Made by a program: the position numbers and the translations under genes
The notes under the pieces: generated by a model
Databases searched by the model: none
The model's input: the letters and a program-made list of their open reading frames with translations, nothing else
Told to the model about the DNA's origin: nothing
Assembly (NCBI GenBank): GCA_963831295.1
Contig: CAWHPR010000002.1
Location: 162,011-226,010 of the forward strand
Direction: 5' to 3'
Length of the DNA: 64,000 nt
DNA from: an uncultured Thermoleophilia bacterium
Lineage (GTDB): Bacteria > Actinomycetota > Thermoleophilia > UBA2241
In this document: one piece after another, positions 34,632-43,364 of the stretch
How the letters are laid out: every line of letters begins with the position of its first letter
Numbering within the stretch: position 1 is the first letter of the stretch

Positions 34632-34990
34632 ACCGCCCCTCCCCACTTCTGCTCGACGAGATCCCAGCCCTCGCCGGCGACGAGCCGGCGCGCGGCCTCG
34701 GGCGCGGTCAGGCCCTCCTGGTTCGCGTAGTACCAGACGACATGCCCACAGCCGTGCCCCAGCAGGCCGCGCTTCTCGCACTCGGCGACCACGGCGACGC
34801 AGGTCGGTGAGTCGATGGCCATGCGCATCAGTACCGAACGCTCGATCGAGGGCGAGGTGTGGGTGCGCGCGAGCTCGACCAGCGGGTCCACGACCTGCCG
34901 GGACAGCTCCCAGAAGCGCGCCTCGAGCTCCTCGTCCGAGAGGCCGGCGAGATGCCCGCGGATCTCGAGGTAGGTGTCCTCGCGGGCCAT
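34628..34990 (-). CDS. oraS: D-ornithine 4,5-aminomutase, small subunit
   Basis: LSDEELEARFWEL, HTSPSIERSVLMRM, LLGHG; overlaps the oraE start. Confidence 0.93.
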   Translation of the reverse strand: MAREDTYLEIRGHLAGLSDEELEARFWELSRQVVDPLVELARTHTSPSIERSVLMRMAIDSPTCVAVVAECEKRGLLGHGCGHVVWYYANQEGLTAPEAARRLVAGEGWDLVEQKWGGAV

Positions 34991-34991
34991 C

Positions 34992-36404
34992 TCAGACCTC
35001 CCCCAGCTCTCCGACGATCGCCTCGACGGCGGCCGCGTCACTGTTCGTGTCGGCCGCCAGGAAGGCGATGTCGTCGGCGGTCGGCTGGTAGCCCGCGGGC
35101 GCGTTCTTGAGCGCGTTGCGGACGTAGCTCTTGCGCATGCGCGCGAGATCGAAGTCCTGGGCGCTGATCTGCTCGAGCGCCTCAGGGATCACGATGACCT
35201 TGCCGGGGACGTTGTCCTTCGGGTCGCCGGCACGGACCTCGACGCCCATCTCCTTGGCGAAGTTGAGCTGTGACCAGTGGTGTTTGCCGGCGCCCGTGTA
35301 CTCGGTCTCCTGCACGACGACAGTGGCGTCGCGCGGCAGTTCGCGGGCCAGGCTGACGGCGGCCGTCATCGCCGTGTTGCCGGCCGGGCCGCGCTCGAGG
35401 CCCTCGAGCTTGGCCATGGCCTCGGTGACGTAGAAGACCTCGCCCTGGGTGACGGTCAGATAGCGGTCGATGTAGCGTAGCGGCCGAGCGGCGTTGCGCG
35501 GCACGTCGGCGCGGTCGGGCCATGTCGCGAACGGCACGCCGAAGCCCGTGTGACCGGTCGTGAAGCTCTTGCGGTTGAAGTCGTCGTCGCTCGCCATGTG
35601 CAGGCCGCTGAGGTCGACCGAGGCGCTGACGATCTCCGTGCCGGACGCGCCGGCGCGCTGCAGGCCGCGGGCGGTGCCGGTCGTGTTGCCGCCGCCGGCG
35701 TGGGTGACCACGCAGTGCGTCGGCGGCGCCCCGGTGAGCGCCGTCATCTCGTGGGCGATCTCGAGGCCGAGGGTCTCGATGCCGCTGACGCCGAACGAGC
35801 TGTAGAGCGAGGCGGCGAAGTAACCGGTCTCGTCGAGCAGCTCGACCATGTGGAAGAAGAGCTCGGGACCGACGGTCATCTGCACGACCTCCGCCCCGTA
35901 CGACTCGCAGACCCGGCCCTTCTCGACGATCTCGGGCTGGCCGACGTGGCGACTGTCGAAGGTCTCCTGGCAGATGATGCACTTGAGGCCGTTGCGCGCC
36001 GCCTGGCTGGCGACGGCGGCTCCGTAGTTGCCCGACGTCGCCGCGATCACGCCCTCGTAGCCCTTCTCCTTGGCAACGTGGATGCTCACGCTGGCGCGGC
36101 GGTCCTTGAAGGCTCCCGCGAGGTTCGCGGCCTCGTCCTTGACGAAGATGCGCGCGCCCTTGCCGGGTTCGCTGATGCTGCGCACCAGGTCGGTCAGGTT
36201 CCTGAGCTCGAGCAGCGGCGTGCTCCCGACGCCGGCGCGCGCCTGGATACCGGCGATATCATCGAGGTTGTAGCCGTGCGCCGTCATCATGCCCTCGTAG
36301 TCGAAGGCGACGGGGCTCTGTTCGAAGACGCTGTAGTCCATGCCCAGCGCCTGGCGCATGATCTCGCCGCGGCGCGCCATGATGGCGTCGAACTTGGTGG
36401 CCAT
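34992..36404 (-). CDS. ortB: 2-amino-4-ketopentanoate thiolase, beta subunit (PLP)
   Basis: KDEAANLAGAFKDRRAS, ATSGNYGAAVASQAA, HAGGGN, QETEYTGAGKH. Confidence 0.93.
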   Translation of the reverse strand: MATKFDAIMARRGEIMRQALGMDYSVFEQSPVAFDYEGMMTAHGYNLDDIAGIQARAGVGSTPLLELRNLTDLVRSISEPGKGARIFVKDEAANLAGAFKDRRASVSIHVAKEKGYEGVIAATSGNYGAAVASQAARNGLKCIICQETFDSRHVGQPEIVEKGRVCESYGAEVVQMTVGPELFFHMVELLDETGYFAASLYSSFGVSGIETLGLEIAHEMTALTGAPPTHCVVTHAGGGNTTGTARGLQRAGASGTEIVSASVDLSGLHMASDDDFNRKSFTTGHTGFGVPFATWPDRADVPRNAARPLRYIDRYLTVTQGEVFYVTEAMAKLEGLERGPAGNTAMTAAVSLARELPRDATVVVQETEYTGAGKHHWSQLNFAKEMGVEVRAGDPKDNVPGKVIVIPEALEQISAQDFDLARMRKSYVRNALKNAPAGYQPTADDIAFLAADTNSDAAAVEAIVGELGEV

Positions 36405-36745
36405 CAGCGCTCACCGCCTTCGGCGGCCCGGTAGGCCGCGAGTCGGGCGCGCAGGTCGCGGCCCACGTGGGTGAGCTCCGGGATCGGCGCCCCATACGTG
36501 ATGTAGTAGCCGGGGTTCACCGCCGAGAGCGCTCCGGTCACGCGACGGCCGGTGATCGTCTCGACGGTCAACTCCTCGCCCATGCCCGCTTCGTCCTGGG
36601 CGAACCCCTTCACCCACATCATCAACGGCTTCTCCGCCGTCTCCGGCGGCAGGTTCTTGCTGCGGTCGGCCGGGTCGAGCAGCCTGCACTCGACCTCGAC
36701 CCAGTCGCCCTCTCGGGCGCGGATGGCGTCGGTCAACGCGGTCAC
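36404..36745 (-). CDS. ortA: 2-amino-4-ketopentanoate thiolase, alpha subunit
   Basis: GDWVE...LPPETAEKPLMMWVKGF...TITGR...NPGY...G.PIPEL. Confidence 0.92.
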   Translation of the reverse strand: MTALTDAIRAREGDWVEVECRLLDPADRSKNLPPETAEKPLMMWVKGFAQDEAGMGEELTVETITGRRVTGALSAVNPGYYITYGAPIPELTHVGRDLRARLAAYRAAEGGER

Positions 36746-36776
36746 CCCTCTCAGGTGGTCGGCGTCCGGTCGGGGG

Positions 36777-37787
36777 TCAGACGCTCGGCGTCCAGAAGCG
36801 CGGCAGCGGCATGTCCACCACGGTGAGCATGCCGGCCGGAGCGTCCTTCATCAGCGGGATGTAGTTGCCGGTGCTGGCGTAGGTGCCCTTGCCGCCCGGG
36901 ATCTCGGGCTTGTTGGACATGTTGACGTCAGGGTCGCCGTGGATCTCGATGTAGTCGCCGGTCTCCTGACCCTCGAGCTCGGGGTGGATCTGCTGGGGGT
37001 GGATGAGCTCGATCTTGAGCTCGTCGCCCGAGTAGCCGCGACCGATGTGGCGGCAGCCGGCGACGTCCCCGGGAGCCACGTGCACGTGCGCCGTGGCACG
37101 CTCGACCCTGGTGACGATGGGCTCACGCGTCTCCTCGATGCGGTCGATCGTCCAGCCCAGCGCGCGGGCGATGAGGTTGATGCTCTCAGGGAAGCCGATG
37201 TGCCCGACGATGCTGCCGTCGGCGACGCCCTTCTCGAACTGCTCGACGGTGGTGCCGACGCCCTGGCCGGTCATCACCGTAGGGCCGAACGGCGAGAGGT
37301 CGTTGACGCGCGTCGCGACGATCCTGTCGACGCGCAGGCAGATGGAGCTCCACATGACGATGAGGGCGTCCAACATGAAGCCGGGATTGATGCCGGTGCC
37401 GAGGACGGAGACGCCGTGCTCCTTGGCGAGCGCGTCGATGCGCTCGCCCCAGGCGGCGTCGCTCGCCCACGGATAGCTGATCTTCTCGGCGATGCAGATC
37501 ACGTTGCAGCCGGCCTCGATCGCCGGCACGACCTGGTCGGTGATCTCGTGCAGGTTGCTCTGCGTGTTGATGCAGACGACGTCCGGCTTCTCGGCCAGCA
37601 CGCTCGCGAAGTCGGTGGTCATCCTGACGTCGCACGGTCGGTCGAGCAGCTCGCCGACCGTCTTCCCCTCCTTGGCGGGATTGGTCACGATCACGCCGAC
37701 GAGGTCGATGTCCCTGGGCCGGTCGAGGATGAAGCGCAGGAGACCCTGCCCCATCATGCCGGTGCCCCACTCAGCGACTCGAATCAT
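36777..37787 (-). CDS. ord: 2,4-diaminopentanoate dehydrogenase
   Basis: WGTGMMG Rossmann motif, LGTGINPGF, VNDLSPFGPTVM..QGVG, GHIGFPES. GAGGAGGAG RBS. Confidence 0.93.
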   Translation of the reverse strand: MIRVAEWGTGMMGQGLLRFILDRPRDIDLVGVIVTNPAKEGKTVGELLDRPCDVRMTTDFASVLAEKPDVVCINTQSNLHEITDQVVPAIEAGCNVICIAEKISYPWASDAAWGERIDALAKEHGVSVLGTGINPGFMLDALIVMWSSICLRVDRIVATRVNDLSPFGPTVMTGQGVGTTVEQFEKGVADGSIVGHIGFPESINLIARALGWTIDRIEETREPIVTRVERATAHVHVAPGDVAGCRHIGRGYSGDELKIELIHPQQIHPELEGQETGDYIEIHGDPDVNMSNKPEIPGGKGTYASTGNYIPLMKDAPAGMLTVVDMPLPRFWTPSV

Positions 37788-37812
37788 CGTGCTCCTCCTC
37801 ATGATGCATGTC

Positions 37813-37829
37813 TGTATCAGTCGTATTCA
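37813..37829. promoter_or_regulatory. Candidate operator TGTATCAGTCGTATTCA upstream of ord
   Basis: Imperfect palindrome 26 nt upstream of the ord start; similar to 27159-27175. Confidence 0.5.
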
Positions 37830-38066
37830 GCGGTCGGCGCACCTCGGCCGTCGGATGGAGCGAGGTGCGTGAGTCTCGCGAGACAGAAGGTCTCGGTGCG
37901 ACAAGAAGTCGACGGGAGCGCCGCGGGCCGCGGCCGCAGGCCGTGTCAGCGGCGCGTCGTCGAGAGAGCGGAGTCTGGAGGAGGCTGGTCGACCACGACC
38001 GGCTCGAGAATGGAGAGTTCTTTGCCCGTGGTGGCCTCCGCCGATGGGGGATCTGGAGTGCCCCCG

Positions 38067-38095
38067 ATGCTACGTGCTGGACCCGGGGTGGTCAA
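38067..38095 (-). promoter_or_regulatory. Putative sigma70 promoter of the ord operon
   Basis: TTGACC-17 nt-TAGCAT on the minus strand. Confidence 0.55.
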
Positions 38096-38132
38096 CCGTC
38101 GGCGCGTGATCGGCCCAAGCGTCCGGCGGCCG

Positions 38133-39722
38133 CTACCGTACGACCGCTCTGGCCTCCATGATCCGGTCGCGCCCGGCCTCTTTGGCACGGTACAGCGCCT
38201 GATCGGCGCGCTCCACGAGGTCGGCCACGAACTCGGTGCCCGGTTCACGGGTCGCGACGCCTACGCTCACCGTCACCGTCGCCGTCTCGGGCAGCATGGC
38301 CGCCCGCGCGATCGACGGCGTCCCGCCGCGGATGCGCTCCGCGACCGCCAGCGCCGCACGCGCGCCCGTCCCGGTGAGGACGATGCCGAACTCGTCGCCG
38401 GCGTAGCGAGCGAGCACGTCCTGCTCGCGCACGCAGCGCTCGAGCATCCTCGCCACCTCGCGCAGGACGGCGTCACCACGCAGGTGGCCGAAGGCGTCGT
38501 TGATCCCCTTGAACTCGTCGAGGTCGACCATCAGCACGGAGAGAGGCCGCAGCTCGCGGTCGGCGCGGGCGACCTCTTCATCGAGCCGGCGATACAGCTC
38601 GCGATGGTTGAGCAGCCCCGTGAGGCTGTCGCGCACGGCCGCGCGATGCAGCACCTCCTGCGCCTCGGCGACGCGCTCGGCCATGGCGTTGAAGGCGTGG
38701 CCCAGATCGGTGAGCTCGTCGCGGCCGCGCGGCGTGACTCGCTTGGAGAGGTCACCGAGGGCCATCGCCTCGACCGCCGTGTCGAGGGCTCGCAACGGCC
38801 GACCCAGCTGGATGCTCAGGGCGACGGCGACGACCACGGCGAGGGCGAGCGCCGGCAGGACCGACAGCAGCATCGAGCGCCGCAGTGCGGAGGCGGCGGT
38901 CGCGATCGGTGCACGGGCGCTGCTCGCCACGAGGTACGTCTCCGCGCCGGTCGTTTCGAGCATGCGGGCCTTGCTGTCGGTCGTCTCGCTCTTCATGAAC
39001 CCGTCCCTGCGCGCGAGGATCGCGAGATTCGACGGCGCCGCGAGACCCGCGGCGAGATCGAAGTCGGTCGCGCCGACGACGGCGCCGTCGACGATGAAGG
39101 TGAGGTCGATGCCCAGGGTGCTCTTGAGGGCCTCGGCGAAGGCGTCGTCGACCAGGCGGGCGATGACCAACACCCCGATAGGCTCGTCGTTGTTGCTGCG
39201 CGGGAAGACCGGCGCAGCCGCCACCACCCACAGTCGCCCATCCCGGAAGACGAACTCGGAACCGACCAGCTTCCCGGCCGTCTCCCGCACCGCTTGCACG
39301 CGAGCCCAGATCGCGCAGACACGGCCCGACGGACGCCAGCACATCGCCGTCCGCGGCGATGACGGCCGCGTACTGGACCCTTTCGTTGTCGACGACGTGT
39401 CGAGGACGCGCTCGCGGATCCAGCCGGCCTCGCCCGTTCTGACCGCCTCGGCCAGCTCCAGGTCGACCGAGGGCCCGCCGGCGGCGCGCTCCAGGCGCGT
39501 CTTCATCTGCTCGAGAGCGTTGACCGCCACCGTGAGGTCCTCGGTGACACGCTCGTGCCCGAGTGTCGTGAGCTCGGCGGTGACGCGATCGCCGGCGATC
39601 GCGAACTGCACCGCGAGCGCGGCGCAGACCGCCGCCAGCACGCTCATGAGCAGCTTGGCCCGCAAGCGGGGATGCAGGAGTCGCCGCAAGGTGAATCGCT
39701 TGTTGAGCACGCCGAAGTCCAT
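38133..39722 (-). CDS. Membrane sensor-HAMP-GGDEF diguanylate cyclase-like protein
   Basis: Two TM segments, HAMP (DELTDLGHAFNAM), DSLTGLLN, FKGINDAFGH, RYAGDEF. Probable compensating indels at about 39300-39400. Confidence 0.88.
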   Translation of the reverse strand: MDFGVLNKRFTLRRLLHPRLRAKLLMSVLAAVCAALAVQFAIAGDRVTAELTTLGHERVTEDLTVAVNALEQMKTRLERAAGGPSVDLELAEAVRTGEAGWIRERVLDTSSTTKGSSTRPSSPRTAMCWRPSGRVCAIWARVQAVRETAGKLVGSEFVFRDGRLWVVAAAPVFPRSNNDEPIGVLVIARLVDDAFAEALKSTLGIDLTFIVDGAVVGATDFDLAAGLAAPSNLAILARRDGFMKSETTDSKARMLETTGAETYLVASSARAPIATAASALRRSMLLSVLPALALAVVVAVALSIQLGRPLRALDTAVEAMALGDLSKRVTPRGRDELTDLGHAFNAMAERVAEAQEVLHRAAVRDSLTGLLNHRELYRRLDEEVARADRELRPLSVLMVDLDEFKGINDAFGHLRGDAVLREVARMLERCVREQDVLARYAGDEFGIVLTGTGARAALAVAERIRGGTPSIARAAMLPETATVTVSVGVATREPGTEFVADLVERADQALYRAKEAGRDRIMEARAVVR

Positions 39723-39851
39723 GATGCGACTATCGGCAACTTGAGACGGATGTGAAGTACTACGGCCTTGAAACAGCCGGGCCGTAAACGGATATCCCAA
39801 TCGATGAGGCAGGTTTGCCTAACTTCGCGAGCGTTCGCGACGATGTCTGGC

Positions 39852-42800
39852 TCACAGCGTCCGCTGGGCCGGCTCGTCGTCGTCGGCCGCGCCGAGCTCG
39901 TCGGCGCGGAGCGGGCGTCCCTCCCCCGCCGCCGCGGCGATCTCGAGACCGACGAGCTCGCGGAGTCGCTCGTCGACAGGAACGGTGACGACGAGTCCGC
40001 CGGCCGCGGCGGCCACGAAGGCCACTTCGCGGACGACGCCACCGCTCGCGGCCTCGACCGCGACCGCGTAGGCGGCGCCCTGCGGCGTGTAGCGCTCGAG
40101 AAGGGTGTCCGCGTCGACGGCGCGGTCGGTCTTGTAGTCCACGACCACCCAGTCGTCACCGTCGCGGTAGAGCAGGTCGACGGCGCCGCTCAGCACGACG
40201 TCGCCGACCACGACGCCCACCGGCAGTTCACGGTAGACCTCGGGGCTGGCGGCGGCGGCCCGCACCGGAGCCGAGCGCCAGCAGGCGACGGCCAACGCGG
40301 CCGCCTCCTCGGCGAGATCCGGATGGCCCAGATCGCGCGTGACGGCGGCCGCGAGCCCGGGCAGCGAGGTGTCGTCGTCGAGGTCGCACAGCTGCAGCAC
40401 GTTGTGGACCGCAGCGCCCACGACGAGCGCGCGGGTGCGGCCGGGCGGCGCCCCGGGGCCGCCCGCCCGCACCTCCGCGTCGACGTGCTCGAGCCCGCTC
40501 GGGCTGACGGCGGCGACCGGGCGCGCGGCGCGCGCGAGCAGAGCCGCGCGCTCGGTGAGCCATGTGTCGCGCGCGGCGATCAGGGCGGCGGGGTCGGCTG
40601 CCGCCGCGCGGCGCGCCCGGGGAGGCGCCGCACGCGGAGCCAGCACCAGCAGCCCGTCGCACTCGTGGTCGTCGGCGGGCGGCTCTGGGCCCGCCGCCGG
40701 CAGGTCGCCGGCGAGCGGCGCCAGCAGCACCCCGGCGGCGGGCTCGTCGTCCTTCGTCGTCAGCTGGCCGAAGCAGCTCACCACGAGACGATCGCGGGCC
40801 CGCGTCGCGGCGACGTAGAGTAGACGTCGCAGCTCGCTCGCACCCATCTCCTTCTCGCGCTCGTTCAGACCGGTGTACGCCCGCGGCTCGAGGCTGCGCG
40901 CGGCCCCGCCGGGAAGATCCGCCTTGAGCTTCACGGCGAGACGGCGCCGGGCGCGGTCGACGATGGGCCGCACCGACTCCCTGCCGCCTCCGCCGCCGCC
41001 CAGCGCCCCGCCGACGAGCACGACGATCGGCAACTCGAGACCCTTGGCCTTGTGGATGGTCAGGAGGTGCACGACGTCACCTTCGTCGTCGACCTGCGAC
41101 TCTTGCTCCCCGGCCGCCTCGCCGACCTCAGCGGCCCAGCGCAGGAAGGCGCCCAGCCCGCCCCCGCCCGCCTTCGAGAACGTCTGCGCCTGCTGCGTCA
41201 GCTTCTCGAGATTGGCGATCGCCTGCGGGGCGTCGGGCCCCGTGGCGGCGAGGAACTCGGCGGCGTGCGCCAGCCGCACGAGCGCGGCGACCGTCTCGTG
41301 CGGCTCGTCCTCGCGACTGCGCTCGTGAAGGGCGCGCAGCGTCGCCATGGCCCCAGCGATCGCCTCGCCGCCTTCGGGTTGCATGGCCGCGAAGAGGTCG
41401 AACGAGCCGCCCGCCGCCCGGAAGAGGAAGAGATCGTCGTCGCTGAACCCGAACAACGACGAGTGCAGGGCGCCGTACAGAGCGGGCCCGTCGCTCGGGT
41501 CGTCGGCCGCTCGCAGGCAGAGCAGCGCATCGGCGACCTCGCGCCGCGAGAAGTACGTCTTGCCACCCTCGACGCGATATGGCACGCCGGCCTCGCGCAG
41601 GGCCTGTTCGTAGGTCTCCAAGCCCGTGGTCGCCCTGAAGAGGAGGGCGATGTCGCCCCAGCGCGGCGGGCGCGCAGGCTCGGGGCCGACCGCCGCCGCG
41701 GGCGCGCGGCGGTCCTGCACGCTCCAGCGCCGGGAGTCGGCGTCGTGCATCGTCACCAGCAGGGATGCGAGCGCCGCGGCCTCGTCGCGGCGCGCGGCGT
41801 CGGCGCCCCCGGACGCGCCCCGCGCGCCGTACTCGCGGCCGAGCAGCACCGCGACGCGCGCGCCCTCGGCGTCGGGGCGGTAGGCGTCGACGCGGTGGTA
41901 GCCGGGCTGCCGGCCGGGCTCGGCGTCGCCGTCGAAGACGCCGCCGAAGACCGTGTTGACCCAGGTGACGAGCGACGGTGTGGTGCGGAAGTTCTGGGTG
42001 ATCACCTCGACGGCGCCGCCGGGCTGCCCCCGCACGAGCTCCTTGACCTCGTCGTAGAGCGCGATGTCGGCACGGCGAAAGCGGTAGATGGACTGTTTGG
42101 GATCGCCGACCACGAAGAGCTTGCCCGGCTCGAGCACGGCGGAGCGCCAGTCGGCCGCGACGGGCTCGCGCTCGCAGAGAAGGAAGACGATCTCGGCCTG
42201 CAGCGGGTCGGTGTCCTGGAACTCGTCGACGAGCACGTAGCGGAAGCGCCGCTGCAGCTCGCCGCGTGTCGCCGGGTCGCGCACGAGAAGGTCGCGCAAG
42301 CAGCCGAGCAGATCGGTGAAGTCGAGCCGGCCGCGCGCGAGCTGGGACGCCCCGGCCCAGCGCGCGAAGGCGTCGGCGACGGCCACGGCGAGGCTGGTGA
42401 CGAACCCGGCGTAGGCGTCGCACAGCGCGGCCCGCCCAGCAGCGAGCCGGGAGTACCGCGCCCACAGCTCCTCCTTACCCCCGCGCGCAGCGTCCCAGTT
42501 GCCCTGCCGCCCACCCAGGGCGCCAGGCGTGCGCTTCACGGGAAGGTCGAGGAGCGTCGCGGCGAGCTCGTCCACGTTGGCCGGCGGCGCCGTCATGAGC
42601 CGTTCACAGGACTCGACCAGCTCGAGTGCGGCCCGGCAGGCGCCGTCGCCCGGGTCGGAGCACGCGCCCGCGCAGAACTCGCGCAGGCTCTCGAGCGGCT
42701 CGGCCAGCTCGCCCAGCTCGGCCGCCAGATCGGGCTCGGGTGCGGGCTCGGGTGCGGGCTCGAGGTCGTAGCGCTCGCCGAAGAGGCCCTTCGGGCCCGC

Positions 42801-43364
42801 GGCGAGCTCGCGCACGTGGTCGAGCCGCACGCCGGCCCGCAGCAGCCGCGTCAGGCGCGCGCGCAGACGGTCGTCGCCAAGCCCACCGGCGGCGAGCGCG
42901 GCGAGCCAGGCGTCCCAGAGCCGGCCGCGCTCGATCTCGCCGGCCATGCCGTCGAGCTGCTCGAAGGCAGGGTCGATGCCGGCCTCGACCGGGTACTCCC
43001 GCAAGAGGCGCCCGGCGAAGCCGTGGATCGTGTTGATGGGGGCGTCATCGAGCGTCTCGAGGGCCTCCTGTACCGCGGCGGCCTCAGGAGAGCCGAGGGG
43101 AGCGCGGCCGGCTTGCGCCTCGAACGCCTCGCGCACGCGCTGGCGCAGCTCACCCGCCGCCTTCTCGGTGAAGGTGATGGCGACCACCTTGCGCACGTCG
43201 CCGGCGCCCCGCTCGGGGTCGAGCACGCAGCGCACGTAGCGGTCGACGAGCACGCGCGTCTTGCCCGTGCCGGCGCTCGCCTCGAGGAGGAACGTGGCGC
43301 CGAGATCGCCGGTGACCCGGTCGCGCACGCCCTGGTCGAGCACGCCACGCTCAGCGGACGTCAT
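39852..43364 (-). CDS. addA: AddA-like UvrD helicase with PD-(D/E)XK nuclease
   Basis: ASAGTGKT, ITFTEKAA, VDEFQDT, GDPKQSIYRFR, TIHKAKGLE, YVAATRA, C-terminal DLL...DYKT. Confidence 0.9.
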   Translation of the reverse strand: MTSAERGVLDQGVRDRVTGDLGATFLLEASAGTGKTRVLVDRYVRCVLDPERGAGDVRKVVAITFTEKAAGELRQRVREAFEAQAGRAPLGSPEAAAVQEALETLDDAPINTIHGFAGRLLREYPVEAGIDPAFEQLDGMAGEIERGRLWDAWLAALAAGGLGDDRLRARLTRLLRAGVRLDHVRELAAGPKGLFGERYDLEPAPEPAPEPDLAAELGELAEPLESLREFCAGACSDPGDGACRAALELVESCERLMTAPPANVDELAATLLDLPVKRTPGALGGRQGNWDAARGGKEELWARYSRLAAGRAALCDAYAGFVTSLAVAVADAFARWAGASQLARGRLDFTDLLGCLRDLLVRDPATRGELQRRFRYVLVDEFQDTDPLQAEIVFLLCEREPVAADWRSAVLEPGKLFVVGDPKQSIYRFRRADIALYDEVKELVRGQPGGAVEVITQNFRTTPSLVTWVNTVFGGVFDGDAEPGRQPGYHRVDAYRPDAEGARVAVLLGREYGARGASGGADAARRDEAAALASLLVTMHDADSRRWSVQDRRAPAAAVGPEPARPPRWGDIALLFRATTGLETYEQALREAGVPYRVEGGKTYFSRREVADALLCLRAADDPSDGPALYGALHSSLFGFSDDDLFLFRAAGGSFDLFAAMQPEGGEAIAGAMATLRALHERSREDEPHETVAALVRLAHAAEFLAATGPDAPQAIANLEKLTQQAQTFSKAGGGGLGAFLRWAAEVGEAAGEQESQVDDEGDVVHLLTIHKAKGLELPIVVLVGGALGGGGGGRESVRPIVDRARRRLAVKLKADLPGGAARSLEPRAYTGLNEREKEMGASELRRLLYVAATRARDRLVVSCFGQLTTKDDEPAAGVLLAPLAGDLPAAGPEPPADDHECDGLLVLAPRAAPPRARRAAAADPAALIAARDTWLTERAALLARAARPVAAVSPSGLEHVDAEVRAGGPGAPPGRTRALVVGAAVHNVLQLCDLDDDTSLPGLAAAVTRDLGHPDLAEEAAALAVACWRSAPVRAAAASPEVYRELPVGVVVGDVVLSGAVDLLYRDGDDWVVVDYKTDRAVDADTLLERYTPQGAAYAVAVEAASGGVVREVAFVAAAAGGLVVTVPVDERLRELVGLEIAAAAGEGRPLRADELGAADDDEPAQRTL

